64,000 nt of DNA from Deltaproteobacteria bacterium (GCA_031389045.1 JANMSE010000193.1:4926-68925); one strand, 5' to 3'; shown: positions 36,993 to 46,895, counted from the first letter of the stretch. The notes: a model not told the origin generated them from the letters alone. Numbers and translations are program-made.

Positions 36993-37505
36993 TTACCTCG
37001 GCACTACTAAAATCGCCATGTTGCGCCCTTCCAGGCGCGCTTGTCCTTCTAATATCCCGATATCCTGGATGTGCTCGAACACTTTATCCAGCATCTCGCG
37101 ACCAATTTCCGGGTGGGTGATCTCACGCCCACGGAAGAGCACGGACACTTTCACCCGTTGTTTCTTCTCCAGGAAGCGCCGAATGTGGTTCACCTTGAAG
37201 TCGAGATCATGCTCACTCGTGCGTGACCCCAGTTTGACTTCCTTCACCAGCACCTGAGTCTGATTCTTGCGCGATTCCTGAACTTTCTTCTTTTGCAGGT
37301 ACCGAAACTTACCATAATCCATGACCCGGCAGACCGGCGGCGCCGCAGTGGGCGACACTTCCACCAGGTCGAGTTCCTTACTGTCCGCGAGTTTGAGCGC
37401 TTCCACAAGGGAGATCACCCCGACTTGCGCACCATCGGTATCAATGACTCGCACCTCACGGGAACGAATCTGCTGATTTATCCGGACTCCTGCTTCTTTG
37501 GCTAT
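36993..37505 (-). CDS. infC: translation initiation factor IF-3, probable non-canonical ATA start
   Basis: The conserved [15 protein letters not shown] lies upstream of the track start (GTG 37454). The frame is open to 37526. ATA at 37505 sits 6 nt after a perfect AGGAGG and overlaps the thrS TAG. Confidence 0.85.
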   Translation of the reverse strand: MAKEAGVRINQQIRSREVRVIDTDGAQVGVISLVEALKLADSKELDLVEVSPTAAPPVCRVMDYGKFRYLQKKKVQESRKNQTQVLVKEVKLGSRTSEHDLDFKVNHIRRFLEKKQRVKVSVLFRGREITHPEIGREMLDKVFEHIQDIGILEGQARLEGRNMAILVVPR

Positions 37506-39424
37506 GGGGCACCTCCTGGCACGGATTCAGCGGCCACGCGGGCAATGAATTCAGGAACGGTCAAGGACGGAATTTTCTCGCCTTTTCGCCCCCGCGGTGC
37601 CACCGTGGCTGAGCTGACTTCTTTGTCGCCAACAACGATCATATAGGGAATCTTGTGGACTTCGGCTTCACGAATTTTATAACCGAGCTTCTCGTTACGC
37701 AGGTCCACTTCCGCCCGCACTCCGGCTTGCCGCATCTGTTCACAGATTTGCCGTGCATACGCATCCTGGCTTTCCGTGATCGTCAAAATGCGCGCTTGCT
37801 CTGGCGCGAGCCACAAGGGGAAATCGCCACCACAATGCTCAATCAACACACCGAAGAACCGTTCAAGCGAGCCGAGCACGGCGCGATGAATCATCACGGG
37901 CCGCACTTCGTGTCCTTCGTTGTTGGTGTAGCGCAAGTCGAACCGTTCTGGCAACTGAAAATCGAGTTGAATCGTGGCGAGCTGCCACGGACGCCGTAGC
38001 GCATCAAAAACAATGCAGTCAATCTTGGGTCCGTAAAACGCGCCATCGCCGGCATTGATCCGATATTGAATGTTGTTCGCGGTGAGCGCCGCCGCCAGTG
38101 CCGCCTCCGCGCGATCCCACGTGGCATCATCGCCAAGCCGCTTCGGTGGCCGAGTCGAGAGATCAAACCGCATCTCGGTGAAGTTGAAAGTGCGGTAGAC
38201 CTCGGTCACCATCCGCAACACGCCATTCACTTCGGCTTCAATCTGCTCCGGCGTACAGAAAATATGCGCATCATCTTGAGCAAAAGAACGAACGCGGGTG
38301 AGCCCAGAGACCACCCCGGAGCGCTCGAACCGATGGAGGCGCGCGAAATCCGCGATCCGCAACGGCAAATCACGATACGAGTGTTTCTTGGCCGCGTAGA
38401 TATACGTGTGCCCAGGGCAGTTCATCGGCTTGACGCCGAACGCGCGCCCTTCGATCTCCGTGAAAAAGATATTCTCTTTGTAGTTCTCGTAGTGCCCGGA
38501 GCGATGCCACAGGTCCACATCAAAAATCTGCGGCGTCAGCACTTCCTGATAGCCGTATCGTTTGTACAGGGTGCGGATATAGGCGATCAGCTCGTTATAG
38601 ATGAAGGTTCCCTTGGGCAGGAAAAACGGGCTCGCGGGTGCGATCGGATCGAAGATGAAAAGCTCGAGTTCTTTCCCGACGCGGCGATGGTCACGCCGTT
38701 TGGCCTCTTCGAGCATGGCTAAATGTTGCTTCAGCTCTTTTTCGGTGGCGAACGCTGTGCCGTAGATGCGTTGCAGCATCTCGTTGTGTTCGTCTCCACG
38801 CCAATAAGCACCGGCGACACTCGTCAACTTAAAGGCGGAGATACGCCCCGTTGCAGGGACATGCGGCCCACGACAGAGATCGACAAACTCACCTTGACGG
38901 TACAGCGAGATCGCATCGTTCGCGGGAATACTCGCGATAATTTCGGCTTTGTAGTGCTCGCCCATGTCGCGAAACATTCCTACGGCGTCGTCGCGGAGAA
39001 TTTCTTCGCGTGCCACGGGAAAATTCTCGTTGACGATCTTTTTCATCTCGGCTTCGATCCGTTCCAAATCTTCTGGCGTGAACGGATGATCGTGCTTGAA
39101 GTCGTAATAGAAGCCACTCTCGATCACTGGGCCGATAGTAATTTGCACATGCGGGAACAGCCGCTTGACCGCCTGGGCCATCAAGTGGGCGGAGGAATGA
39201 CGCAGGACATCAAGACCGTCGGGAGAAGTGGGCAGGATAGGCTCAAGTGAGCAATCAGCCGTCACTGGACGTGAGAGGTCCAGGACTTTGCCGTTGACTC
39301 GCACCGCGAGCGCCTGTTTTTGCGCTGCTGGCGGGACGAGTTCACGCGCGACCGTGCCAACGGGAACAATTTTTTGTTCTCCGCTTGGCAGCGTCACGGT
39401 AATATGCTGAATGGTGTCACTCAT
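37502..39424 (-). CDS. thrS: threonine--tRNA ligase
   Basis: TGS domain, editing-domain HxxxH (HSSAHLMAQA), class II core (FRHE-type RFERSG) and anticodon-binding domain. Start set at ATG 39424. Confidence 0.95.
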   Translation of the reverse strand: MSDTIQHITVTLPSGEQKIVPVGTVARELVPPAAQKQALAVRVNGKVLDLSRPVTADCSLEPILPTSPDGLDVLRHSSAHLMAQAVKRLFPHVQITIGPVIESGFYYDFKHDHPFTPEDLERIEAEMKKIVNENFPVAREEILRDDAVGMFRDMGEHYKAEIIASIPANDAISLYRQGEFVDLCRGPHVPATGRISAFKLTSVAGAYWRGDEHNEMLQRIYGTAFATEKELKQHLAMLEEAKRRDHRRVGKELELFIFDPIAPASPFFLPKGTFIYNELIAYIRTLYKRYGYQEVLTPQIFDVDLWHRSGHYENYKENIFFTEIEGRAFGVKPMNCPGHTYIYAAKKHSYRDLPLRIADFARLHRFERSGVVSGLTRVRSFAQDDAHIFCTPEQIEAEVNGVLRMVTEVYRTFNFTEMRFDLSTRPPKRLGDDATWDRAEAALAAALTANNIQYRINAGDGAFYGPKIDCIVFDALRRPWQLATIQLDFQLPERFDLRYTNNEGHEVRPVMIHRAVLGSLERFFGVLIEHCGGDFPLWLAPEQARILTITESQDAYARQICEQMRQAGVRAEVDLRNEKLGYKIREAEVHKIPYMIVVGDKEVSSATVAPRGRKGEKIPSLTVPEFIARVAAESVPGGAP

Positions 39425-39487
39425 AGTTTTGGTGGGGGAGGAGAGGTCCGCACTTGAGACCATCCCCTCTTCCCCTCACCGAAGGCA

Positions 39488-39559
39488 TAGGCACGAGCAG
39501 GATTGAACTGCTGACCCCTTCCGTGTCAGGGAAGTGCTCTTCCGCTGAGCTACGTGCCT
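39488..39559 (-). tRNA. tRNA-Val (anticodon GAC)
   Basis: Hand-folded cloverleaf: AGGCACG TA GCTC AGCGGAA GAGC A CTTCC CTGACAC GGAAG GGGTC AGCAG TTCAATC CTGCT CGTGCCT A. No CCA is encoded. Confidence 0.9.
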
Positions 39560-39602
39560 GCAAGAAACCTCGGAAATTTTTCGCCGTGCGGCGAGACCAC
39601 GC

Positions 39603-40049
39603 TCATGCTTCACGCACGACATGCACGGTGACGGTGCCATGCACCGCGCTATTCAGATGGATAGGAACCGTGTGAGTGCCGAGCTCCTTGATTGGTTCCA
39701 CCAACACAATCTTCCGTCGGTCAATCGTGACCCCCTGCGCCGCCAGAGCTTTCTCGATATCCAGATTCGTCACCGATCCAAAGAGCCGATCCTCTTCTCC
39801 AGCCCGTGCCGTAATGGACACTGACAGAGCGGCGATCCGGTCGGCGATCCCTTGGGCGTCGCGTCGGTCACGTTCTCTTTTCGCGGCGGCTAACAACTTC
39901 TGGTGCTCCAGGACGCGCAGATTGCGTCGATTCGCCTCGACCGCGAGTCCGCGAGGAACAAGATAGTTCCGCCCGTATCCGTCGCGAACCTTGACGATCT
40001 CTCCGGTACTGCCCAGAGTCGCAATATCTTCTTGTAGAATGATTTCCAT
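39603..40049 (-). CDS. rplI: 50S ribosomal protein L9
   Basis: MEIILQEDIATLGSTGEIVKVRDGYGRNYLVPRGLA. Confidence 0.96.
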   Translation of the reverse strand: MEIILQEDIATLGSTGEIVKVRDGYGRNYLVPRGLAVEANRRNLRVLEHQKLLAAAKRERDRRDAQGIADRIAALSVSITARAGEEDRLFGSVTNLDIEKALAAQGVTIDRRKIVLVEPIKELGTHTVPIHLNSAVHGTVTVHVVREA

Positions 40050-40173
40050 ATCGGCCTCTACTTTTACGGCAGCAAAAAATAAAACACAAGTCGCGCCTCC
40101 AACCTGCTCTCACTGTGAGGAGACTGGAAGCGCGAGTTCTTTCCCCGATTTCTCTAGAGAATCTGGAATACGG

Positions 40174-40482
40174 TTACAGTCGCGATGACGCGTAGGGTAG
40201 CAGCGCGATCGCGCGTGCTTGCTTGATGGATCGGGTCAACTTGCGTTGGTGCCACGCGCAGGTGCCGGTAATGCGACTAGGGATAATTTTCCCGCGCTCG
40301 GACACGAAATCTTCCAGCGTCCGATTATCCTTATAGTTGATTCCCGCCCCTTTGTCGGCGCAGAACCGGCAGACTTTGCGGCGGAGGCGACGACGAGCTG
40401 GAAATTTATCGTCGTTATTATTCGTATTCGTGGCGTTACGTCTTTGCGGGCCTCTGGTCCCTCGGTCGGTTGGTCTTGGCAT
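40174..40482 (-). CDS. rpsR: 30S ribosomal protein S18
   Basis: [15 protein letters not shown]...[24 protein letters not shown], with a basic N-terminal extension. Confidence 0.95.
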   Translation of the reverse strand: MPRPTDRGTRGPQRRNATNTNNNDDKFPARRRLRRKVCRFCADKGAGINYKDNRTLEDFVSERGKIIPSRITGTCAWHQRKLTRSIKQARAIALLPYASSRL

Positions 40483-40531
40483 AGCAGATTCCTAACTCAA
40501 ACTGTCCTCTTTATTGGGGCATTCGACGAGA

Positions 40532-40930
40532 TTACTGTGGGGCCGCTTCTTCACTGACTGGTGCCGCTGGTGGCACAGGAGCGGATGGTGGCGCGGGCGC
40601 GACTGACGCAGCCACAGGTGGCACGGCCACGGGCGGTGTCGGCGCAACCGCTTGCACGGTAGAGAAGTAGCGCAGCACGTGTTCGTTAATACGGAGATTC
40701 CGTTCCAGTTCTTTCAAAGCCGCGGGTGGCGAATCGTACTCAAGCCGGACATAGTAGCCACGGCGTTGCTTGTTAATCAGGTACGTCAGATCCCGCATGC
40801 CCCAGACATCAACCACGACGGCTGTCCCATTGGCGCCTTCGAGGATTTTTTGCATCCAGGCGGAGAGTTCTTTTACACGGGCATCCGGCAGTTCGGGATG
40901 CAAAATACATAAAGTTTCATACGACGGCAT
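40532..40930 (-). CDS. rpsF: 30S ribosomal protein S6 with a Pro/Ala-rich C-terminal tail
   Basis: MPSYETLCILHPEL...WGMRDLTYLINKQRRGYYV. ATG 40930 follows GGAGGA. Confidence 0.93.
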   Translation of the reverse strand: MPSYETLCILHPELPDARVKELSAWMQKILEGANGTAVVVDVWGMRDLTYLINKQRRGYYVRLEYDSPPAALKELERNLRINEHVLRYFSTVQAVAPTPPVAVPPVAASVAPAPPSAPVPPAAPVSEEAAPQ

Positions 40931-40965
40931 GCGGTCCTCCTCGGAACAATGGAACAATCCCAGCG

Positions 40966-41550
40966 TTATTGAGGGCTGGTCTCACTGGTCACGTTGAAAA
41001 TGGCCATCGCCGGGTCGAGTCCTTGGGCGAGGATCATCTCGACGGCATCGGCGGCTTTTTCCACCGCCGGGAGAATAGACGCTTCTTCCTGGCGAGTAAA
41101 GGGCTGCAACACGAAATCCGCTGGATCTTGTCGGCCTGGGGGTCTCCCGATCCCCACTTTGACACGAACAAAGTCCTTACTCCCAAACGATGCAATCAAT
41201 GAGGCGATACCCCGATTGCCCCCGGCTCCGCCTCCACCTCGCTTGATACGCACCCGACCGGCGGGCAAATCCAAATCATCTTGCACGATCACGAAATCGG
41301 ATAAGGACAAATGATAAAACTCGCGAATCTTCACCGCGGCGTCTCCACTGCGATTCATGTAGGTCTGTGGCTGGACGAGTACAACTTTTTCGCCATGCCA
41401 CACGCCATCGCCAACAAGGGAAAGAAACGTACGTCGCGAGAGTCGGATGTCCCACCTCCGCGCGAGCACATCAACGACATGAAACCCCAGGTTGTGGCGC
41501 GTTCTTTGGTATTCCGTACCGGGGTTACCGAGACCAATAATTACGTGCAC
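40966..41550 (-). CDS. pth: peptidyl-tRNA hydrolase
   Basis: IIGLGNPGTEYQRTRHNLGF and MNRSG; GTG start. Confidence 0.95.
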   Translation of the reverse strand: MHVIIGLGNPGTEYQRTRHNLGFHVVDVLARRWDIRLSRRTFLSLVGDGVWHGEKVVLVQPQTYMNRSGDAAVKIREFYHLSLSDFVIVQDDLDLPAGRVRIKRGGGGAGGNRGIASLIASFGSKDFVRVKVGIGRPPGRQDPADFVLQPFTRQEEASILPAVEKAADAVEMILAQGLDPAMAIFNVTSETSPQ

Positions 41551-41564
41551 GACGTGCTCGCTAC

Positions 41565-41702
41565 GCGGCTTATGGCTTATGGCAAATAGCCTATGGCTTA
41601 TGGCCCGCTCCCTACGGTCGCTCTATGGCCTATGGCAAAAGTGTTCGTGCCGTAGAGTGAGCAAAGCGAACGAGCCATAAGCCATAGGCTATTTGCCATA
41701 GG
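41565..41702. repeat. family C CCATAAG/CCATAGG palindromic element (copy 2) in the rplY-pth spacer
   Basis: It shares ttatggcaaatagcctatggc and gagc.aagcga.gagccataagccata blocks with 18442-18561. On the minus strand it begins directly after the rplY TAG. Confidence 0.85.
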
Positions 41703-42407
41703 CTACTTCTTGTCCGATTTCGCCGCGCCACCAGCCTTAGCGGCACCACCAGCTTTGGCCGCACCACCAGCCGCAGCAGCAGGCGCTGCGACGGGAGTCG
41801 CAGCCGCCGTGGCGGCTTCAGCTTCCGCCGCTGTCGGTTTCGCTTCCGCCACGGGAGACGCGATGGTCACCACCGCATCGTTGGTGTCGTACACCGCCTT
41901 CACACCCGGAGGTAGCACCAAGTCAGCAATGTGCACCGTATCGTGAAGCGCCAAACTCGTGACATCAAACTGAATGAAGTCAGGAATCTCTCGCGGCAGG
42001 CATTCCACCGTCACCTCACGGCGTAGGGACTGCAACAACCCACCAGCCGTGACGCCTTGCGCCTTGCCAACAAAATGAAGAGGCACGGTCACCGTGATCG
42101 GTTTGGTCACGTCAACCTCAAGGAAGTCGATGTGCATGGGCGCACTGCTCACCGGGTGACGTTGGACCTCTTTCAACAAGACGGTTTTTTCGTTCAGCTC
42201 CGCCATCGGCGAAAGTAATTGAATCAGATGCGACCCTTCGAGCCCATCCAGTTTCATGCGAAATTCGCGCGCATCCACGCAAACTCTCTGGCCAATTTTC
42301 CCCGGTCCATAAAAAACCGCCGGGACTTTCCCCGACCGCCGTATGCGTCCGGTTTCTCCCTTGGTGGCACTTTGCCGATCTTCAACATTCAATATGACTG
42401 TTTCCAT
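41703..42407 (-). CDS. rplY: 50S ribosomal protein L25 / general stress protein Ctc
   Basis: RRSGKVPAVFYGPG...HLIQL, a two-domain Ctc form. The C-terminal tail contains three GGAAKA repeats. Confidence 0.92.
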   Translation of the reverse strand: METVILNVEDRQSATKGETGRIRRSGKVPAVFYGPGKIGQRVCVDAREFRMKLDGLEGSHLIQLLSPMAELNEKTVLLKEVQRHPVSSAPMHIDFLEVDVTKPITVTVPLHFVGKAQGVTAGGLLQSLRREVTVECLPREIPDFIQFDVTSLALHDTVHIADLVLPPGVKAVYDTNDAVVTIASPVAEAKPTAAEAEAATAAATPVAAPAAAAGGAAKAGGAAKAGGAAKSDKK

Positions 42408-42417
42408 GATGTTCCCT

Positions 42418-43392
42418 CTACACAAATAATGAGCTGATTGATTCTTCGTGATGAATGCGTCGAATCGCCTCGCCCATGAGCGGGGCGATCGAGAGCACTT
42501 TAATTTTGGCTACTTGCTGAGCCTCGGGGCGCAAAGGGATCGAATTGGTCACCACCAACTCTTCAAGGACCGAGGCGCGGATCCGTTCAATCGCGGGACC
42601 AGACAACACCGGATGCGTACAACAAGCAAACACCGCCTGCGCGCCCGCATCATGAAGCGCCGCCGCCGCCGTCGTCAGCGTACCCGCCGTGTCCACCATA
42701 TCGTCAACTAGGATCGCGACCCGCCCCTCGACTTCGCCAATGATGTTCATTTCGACCACATCAAGGTTCGCTTTGCCTGGAATCTCCATCTCGCCTTCGC
42801 GGGCGCGCCGTTTATCAATAATGGCCAGCGAAGAGCCCAACCGTTTCGCGAAGGCGCGAGCCCGTTCCACACCGCCTGCATCGGGAGAAACGACGGTCAC
42901 CTGCTCCTTACCAATCCGCGTGCGCAGGTACTGCAAGAGCACTGGGGACGAGAATAAGTTATCAACAGGGATATTGAAAAACCCTTGGATTTGTCCGGCA
43001 TGAAGTTCCGCCGTAAGCACCCGCGATGCGCCCGCCGTGGTCAGCAAATCAGCCACCAGTTTCGCGCTGATGGGGACGCGAGGCGCGACTTTGCGGTCCT
43101 GTCGCGCATAGCCGTAATAGGGAATCACCGCGGTAATGCGATTCGCGGACGCCCGCTTGAAAGCGTCGAGCATCAGCAGCATTTCCATCAAGTTATCGTT
43201 CCCTGGTGAGCAAATGGACTGGAGAACGAAGATGTCGCCGCCGCGCACATTTTCGGTGATCTCGACCGCGATTTCGCCATCACTAAACCGCCGAATATCA
43301 GCGGCTCCCAGCGACACACCAACATACGCGCAGATTTCCTCGGCCAGTGAACGATTAGAATTACCAGCAAAAATCTTCAGTGCGTCACGCAT
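42418..43392 (-). CDS. prs: ribose-phosphate pyrophosphokinase
   Basis: [24 protein letters not shown] and the [13 protein letters not shown] loop. Confidence 0.96.
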   Translation of the reverse strand: MRDALKIFAGNSNRSLAEEICAYVGVSLGAADIRRFSDGEIAVEITENVRGGDIFVLQSICSPGNDNLMEMLLMLDAFKRASANRITAVIPYYGYARQDRKVAPRVPISAKLVADLLTTAGASRVLTAELHAGQIQGFFNIPVDNLFSSPVLLQYLRTRIGKEQVTVVSPDAGGVERARAFAKRLGSSLAIIDKRRAREGEMEIPGKANLDVVEMNIIGEVEGRVAILVDDMVDTAGTLTTAAAALHDAGAQAVFACCTHPVLSGPAIERIRASVLEELVVTNSIPLRPEAQQVAKIKVLSIAPLMGEAIRRIHHEESISSLFV

Positions 43393-43439
43393 CGAACTTC
43401 ACCTACTTCGGTTACGAGAGCGTTCTCACAGGGAGGGAA

Positions 43440-43513
43440 CTGGGGAGGCAGGATTTGAACCTGCGAATGCCGGATTCAAAGTCCGGTGCCTTACCAAACT
43501 TGGCGACTCCCCA
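43440..43513 (-). tRNA. tRNA-Gln (anticodon TTG)
   Basis: Hand-folded cloverleaf: TGGGGAG TC GCC AAGTTTGGTAA GGC A CCGGA CTTTGAA TCCGG CATTC GCAGG TTCAAAT CCTGC CTCCCCA G. Confidence 0.9.
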
Positions 43514-43722
43514 TCGTTATTCCTACTCAACACACCATCTTCACGGTTCATATCCAGCGGGGCAGCAGTCTCGCGCCTCAAGCCCCCGCGCTGGCAAACG
43601 CGAAACACTTTCTTGTTCGCTGACTTGGACCCCGTGGAATTTTTTGTGAAATGAATCAGAGAGTTACCGAAGAACCGTGGTGCATCTCGCCGGAATTCTG
43701 TAACAGTTTTGCCTCAAGAAGT

Positions 43723-44592
43723 CTACGGCGCTTCAGCCAAAAGATTGACGAGGAATGTCGAACCGTATGCCCGCAACGCCTCCACTGCCTTTTCCGCCTG
43801 CTCTTCACACGAAAAAATCCCAAAGACCGATGACCCGCTGCCCGACATCAGCGCTCCATCCGCGCCAGCCTGCAGCAGTCGCTCCTTGATCTCCTGAATA
43901 GTCGGATGCGTGGGAACAACCGCTCTCTCAAGATCATTGACCAGGCACGACGAAGGAGGCCATTGGCCGTGCGCCAGGTGTTGTAGGTCCGCGGAAACCG
44001 GCTCCGCGTCAGGCGGCAACTCATCAAACTGACGATAGGCCCACGGGGTAGCGACACCAAACGGCGGCACTACGATCACGAACCATCGCGAGGGCAAGCG
44101 CGGGACGGAAGTCAGAATTTCGCCAATCCCTTCAACGCGCGCGGGTTGGCACGGAATAAAAAATGGCACATCGGCCCCTAAGCGAACCGCGAGCGCGCAC
44201 AACTGCTGCTCGGAAAATAGCCGCGCGAACAACGCGTTGAGACTTTTCAGTACTGCCGCCGCGTCGCTACTTCCGCCCCCTAACCCAGCACCAAAGGGAA
44301 TCCGCTTGCGCAGCGCGATGCTGATCTCCGCCGCGACTCCAGCCTCCCGACAGAACAGCGCCGCCGCTTTATAGGCGAGGTTAGTGTCATCGGTCGGCAA
44401 GGTAGGATCGTCGCAAGTGACCAGAATCCTCGGCTCGTGCCTGCGCTCCGTGTGATGGTGTTCCGTCGTGATCTCTAGCTCGTCACACAAACTGACCGGC
44501 ACCATCACCGAATCGAGCAAATGATACCCATCGGCGCGGCGACCAGTGATGCGGAGGTAGAGATTGATTTTCGCGGGCGCGAGCACTCGCAT
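43723..44592 (-). CDS. ispE: 4-diphosphocytidyl-2-C-methyl-D-erythritol kinase
   Basis: APAKINLYLRITGRRADGYH and the GHMP motif IPFGAGLGGGSSDAAA. Confidence 0.93.
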   Translation of the reverse strand: MRVLAPAKINLYLRITGRRADGYHLLDSVMVPVSLCDELEITTEHHHTERRHEPRILVTCDDPTLPTDDTNLAYKAAALFCREAGVAAEISIALRKRIPFGAGLGGGSSDAAAVLKSLNALFARLFSEQQLCALAVRLGADVPFFIPCQPARVEGIGEILTSVPRLPSRWFVIVVPPFGVATPWAYRQFDELPPDAEPVSADLQHLAHGQWPPSSCLVNDLERAVVPTHPTIQEIKERLLQAGADGALMSGSGSSVFGIFSCEEQAEKAVEALRAYGSTFLVNLLAEAP

Positions 44593-44653
44593 TGGGGATT
44601 CCTTCGTTTTGTGGCGGTTGCGACACCACGCTGGCTATGCCACAACGGCAGGC

Positions 44654-45448
44654 ATGCAAGAATTCTTACGTGTGGCCCAAGACGCGGCGCATCAGGCTGG
44701 TGCGCTCCTCAGAGACAACTGGCTAAAAGCAAAAACCATTGAGGTCAAGACCGACATGGTCGATCTCGTCACCAACGTCGATAAAGCCTCGGATGCGCTC
44801 ATCACGGAAATCCTGCGCACCCAATTCCCCACTCATCAAATTATCGCCGAAGAGTCCGCGATTTCGGGTCCGCCCAGCGACTATCGTTGGTACATCGACC
44901 CAATTGATGGCACCACCAACTTCGCCCACAGTTTTCCGCATTTCGCGGTCTCCATCGCGCTGACCCATAAGACCCAGGGGATCATCGGTATCGTCTACGA
45001 CCCAATCCGCGATGAACTGTTCAGCGCGACACGAGGGTTCGGCGCGACGCTGAACGGTCGCCCAATCCACGTCTCGCCCACGCCGGCACTTGACCAATCA
45101 CTCGTCCTCACCGGGTTTCCGTATGACCGCCGCAAGCGCAGTGCCTACTATCTCAGCTTCTACCAAGCCTTCATGCTGCGCACCCAAGGCGTGCGCCGGT
45201 GCGGGTCCGCCGCGTTAGACTTATGCTACGTCGCCAGTGGCCGCGCCGATGCCTTCTGGGAATGGCGGCTGCATCCGTGGGACACCGCCGCTGGAGCACT
45301 CATTGTTGAGGAAGCAGGTGGACAAATGAGCAACTTTTCCGGCAAAGCGTTTGACATCACCGGCGAACAGACACTAGCATCGAATGGCGCGTTACACAGT
45401 GAGATGGTTGAAGTCTTACAGGAAGTAATCGCCGCGCAGGGCGAATAA
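44654..45448 (+). CDS. inositol monophosphatase family protein (SuhB-like)
   Basis: DLVTNVDK, WYIDPIDGTTNF and WDTAAG motifs. Start set at ATG 44654. Confidence 0.88.
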   Translation: MQEFLRVAQDAAHQAGALLRDNWLKAKTIEVKTDMVDLVTNVDKASDALITEILRTQFPTHQIIAEESAISGPPSDYRWYIDPIDGTTNFAHSFPHFAVSIALTHKTQGIIGIVYDPIRDELFSATRGFGATLNGRPIHVSPTPALDQSLVLTGFPYDRRKRSAYYLSFYQAFMLRTQGVRRCGSAALDLCYVASGRADAFWEWRLHPWDTAAGALIVEEAGGQMSNFSGKAFDITGEQTLASNGALHSEMVEVLQEVIAAQGE

Positions 45449-45487
45449 TTCGGCAGACCAGAAACGACGCTTCCGTGGAGGCTCCCA

Positions 45488-45811
45488 GTGGCGAACCAAT
45501 TCTTAGAGACTGCTCAAACCAAGATCGCGCGAGATCAGTTTGAACTTTCGAGTCACGCACAGAAAGAAGCCGCGGCAGAGCAGATCAGTGTTGACGACAT
45601 CAAACACAGCGTACTGACGGGACGAGAGCTGGAACCCTATCCCTTGGACCCACGGGGCCCAAGTTGCCTCATGGTTGGACAAGATCGTAATAACCGGTGA
45701 ATTCACGTGCTGTGTGGCAACTTTGAGCACGACTCCCTTTTGATCATTACCGTCTATTTACCGCAGGTTCCCAAATGGTTGGACCCGTGGACACGCAGGA
45801 GCAAAGTATGA
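45488..45811 (+). pseudogene. DUF4258-like toxin paralog interrupted by an in-frame TGA at 45698-45700
   Basis: Both halves are in one frame and align with 12321-12629 (...SCLMVGQDRNNR*IHVLCGN..LLIITVYLPQVPKWLDPWTR versus ...SCLVVGFADDIPIHAVCGW..VLITVYIPRPPKFVDPWTR). Confidence 0.65.
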
Positions 45812-46080
45812 CGCCAGGAGAAGAGAGAACAAATCCCACAGCCCACACCTCAGTCGAAACCTGCTACTTCTGTCAGCGGGGTATTGTGGCCGCGAAAACC
45901 GTCACTGTCGATTTTCGCTGGGGCGACAAGCTCGTCATTATCGAAAACGTGCCTGCCAAAGTGTGCAACGAGTGCGGAGAGCGTTACTACGCGGCCACAG
46001 TCGTGCGGCAAATGGAACAGCTCGCGCAAGAAGACCGGCGGGACAAAGGCTTATACGTACCAGTGGTGACTTGGCTGTGA
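45808..46080 (+). CDS. YgiT-type zinc-finger protein, putative antitoxin (paralog of 12626-12874)
   Basis: CYFCQRG...CNECGERYY. ATG 45808 forms an ATGA overlap with the end of the interrupted toxin frame. The track ORF start 45775 is probably too long. Confidence 0.6.
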   Translation: MTPGEERTNPTAHTSVETCYFCQRGIVAAKTVTVDFRWGDKLVIIENVPAKVCNECGERYYAATVVRQMEQLAQEDRRDKGLYVPVVTWL

Positions 46081-46123
46081 CATGCCCCAAGACAAAAGGG
46101 CCGGCCGAATAAAACGCCAGCCC

Positions 46124-46840
46124 TTATCCCCTCGCCGCACGAGCCTCCCGCACCCACTGACGTACCCGCCGCAACCACGTGGTACTCGCGACCTCGGCAC
46201 TTTCAGCGAGGAACCGCGTGGCGAGGGCATTCGTCAGGACGGGAAAGGCGATACTGTTTTCCACTTCCACGTATTGTCCATTGGCCAAGCTGAAAATCCG
46301 CACGCGCCGATCAACATACCGCCACACCTCTAGGATACCGAGCTTGGCGTAGATCGGAAATTTGTTGAGCGAATGACTGGAGATGTCGATCTCAATGATG
46401 AGGTCTGGCGGTGGGTCCACCGTCAGATCAATCTTCCTTTTCCCTCGAATCTCCAGCTCATGCTGAATGTAGAAGCAGGAATCAGGCTCGAACCCTTTTT
46501 TCACATCGTCACGTTTCAGAGTTGTTGACCCCAGCCTTCGCAAATCCATGTCCAACTCTTCCGCTACTACCTCCACAAGCGTAGCAAGGGCTCGGTTGGG
46601 TTCCTCATGTCTCTCAGAAAGCACCATGATCTCTAGCTCCCCCTGGTCATACGCGAAATGCGCGGCGTGACTGTCCTCCATATCCTCCAGCAACCGAGTA
46701 TACGTTTCCCAGCGTATGCCGTGGAGAATAATACGAGGGGGTTCATCCTTGAACGGAGGTTCCCCGCCGGGTGAAAGTCCAGAGGAAAGTTCTGGCGGTT
46801 TGATGGGAGAAATCACGTCAGTAGCGGGTTGCATCTTCAT
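46124..46840 (-). CDS. Uma2-family (DUF820) PD-(D/E)XK endonuclease-like protein
   Basis: ILHGIRWETYTRLLEDM...ELEIMVLSERHEEPN...PDLIIEIDISSHS...KFPIYAKLGILEVW is the Uma2 pattern. ATG 46840 follows GGAGGC. Confidence 0.75.
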   Translation of the reverse strand: MKMQPATDVISPIKPPELSSGLSPGGEPPFKDEPPRIILHGIRWETYTRLLEDMEDSHAAHFAYDQGELEIMVLSERHEEPNRALATLVEVVAEELDMDLRRLGSTTLKRDDVKKGFEPDSCFYIQHELEIRGKRKIDLTVDPPPDLIIEIDISSHSLNKFPIYAKLGILEVWRYVDRRVRIFSLANGQYVEVENSIAFPVLTNALATRFLAESAEVASTTWLRRVRQWVREARAARG

Positions 46841-46895
46841 GCCTCCTTGAGAGACGAGAGCAGCAAAGAACAAGAGACTCCGCGCACCAGTATCG

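Noticed and set aside
41703-41790. GGAAKA x3 tail of L25/Ctc and the Pro/Ala-rich tail of S6 as unusual features
   Set aside because: Low-complexity Ala/Lys or Pro/Ala C-terminal extensions on these ribosomal proteins are common in high-GC bacteria. I did not consider them noteworthy.
39488-43513. tRNA-Val and tRNA-Gln as integration sites of a genomic island
   Set aside because: No integrase, direct repeat of the tRNA 3' end, or foreign-looking genes are adjacent. Both tRNAs sit inside conserved ribosomal-protein and aminoacyl-tRNA-synthetase clusters.
45698-45700. In-frame TGA in the second DUF4258 gene as selenocysteine or a reassigned codon
   Set aside because: TGA terminates many well-supported genes in this window (e.g. 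rplT, trmB, the OYE reductase). No SECIS-like hairpin follows, and the aligned residue in the paralog is Pro, not Cys. A nonsense mutation is the simpler explanation.
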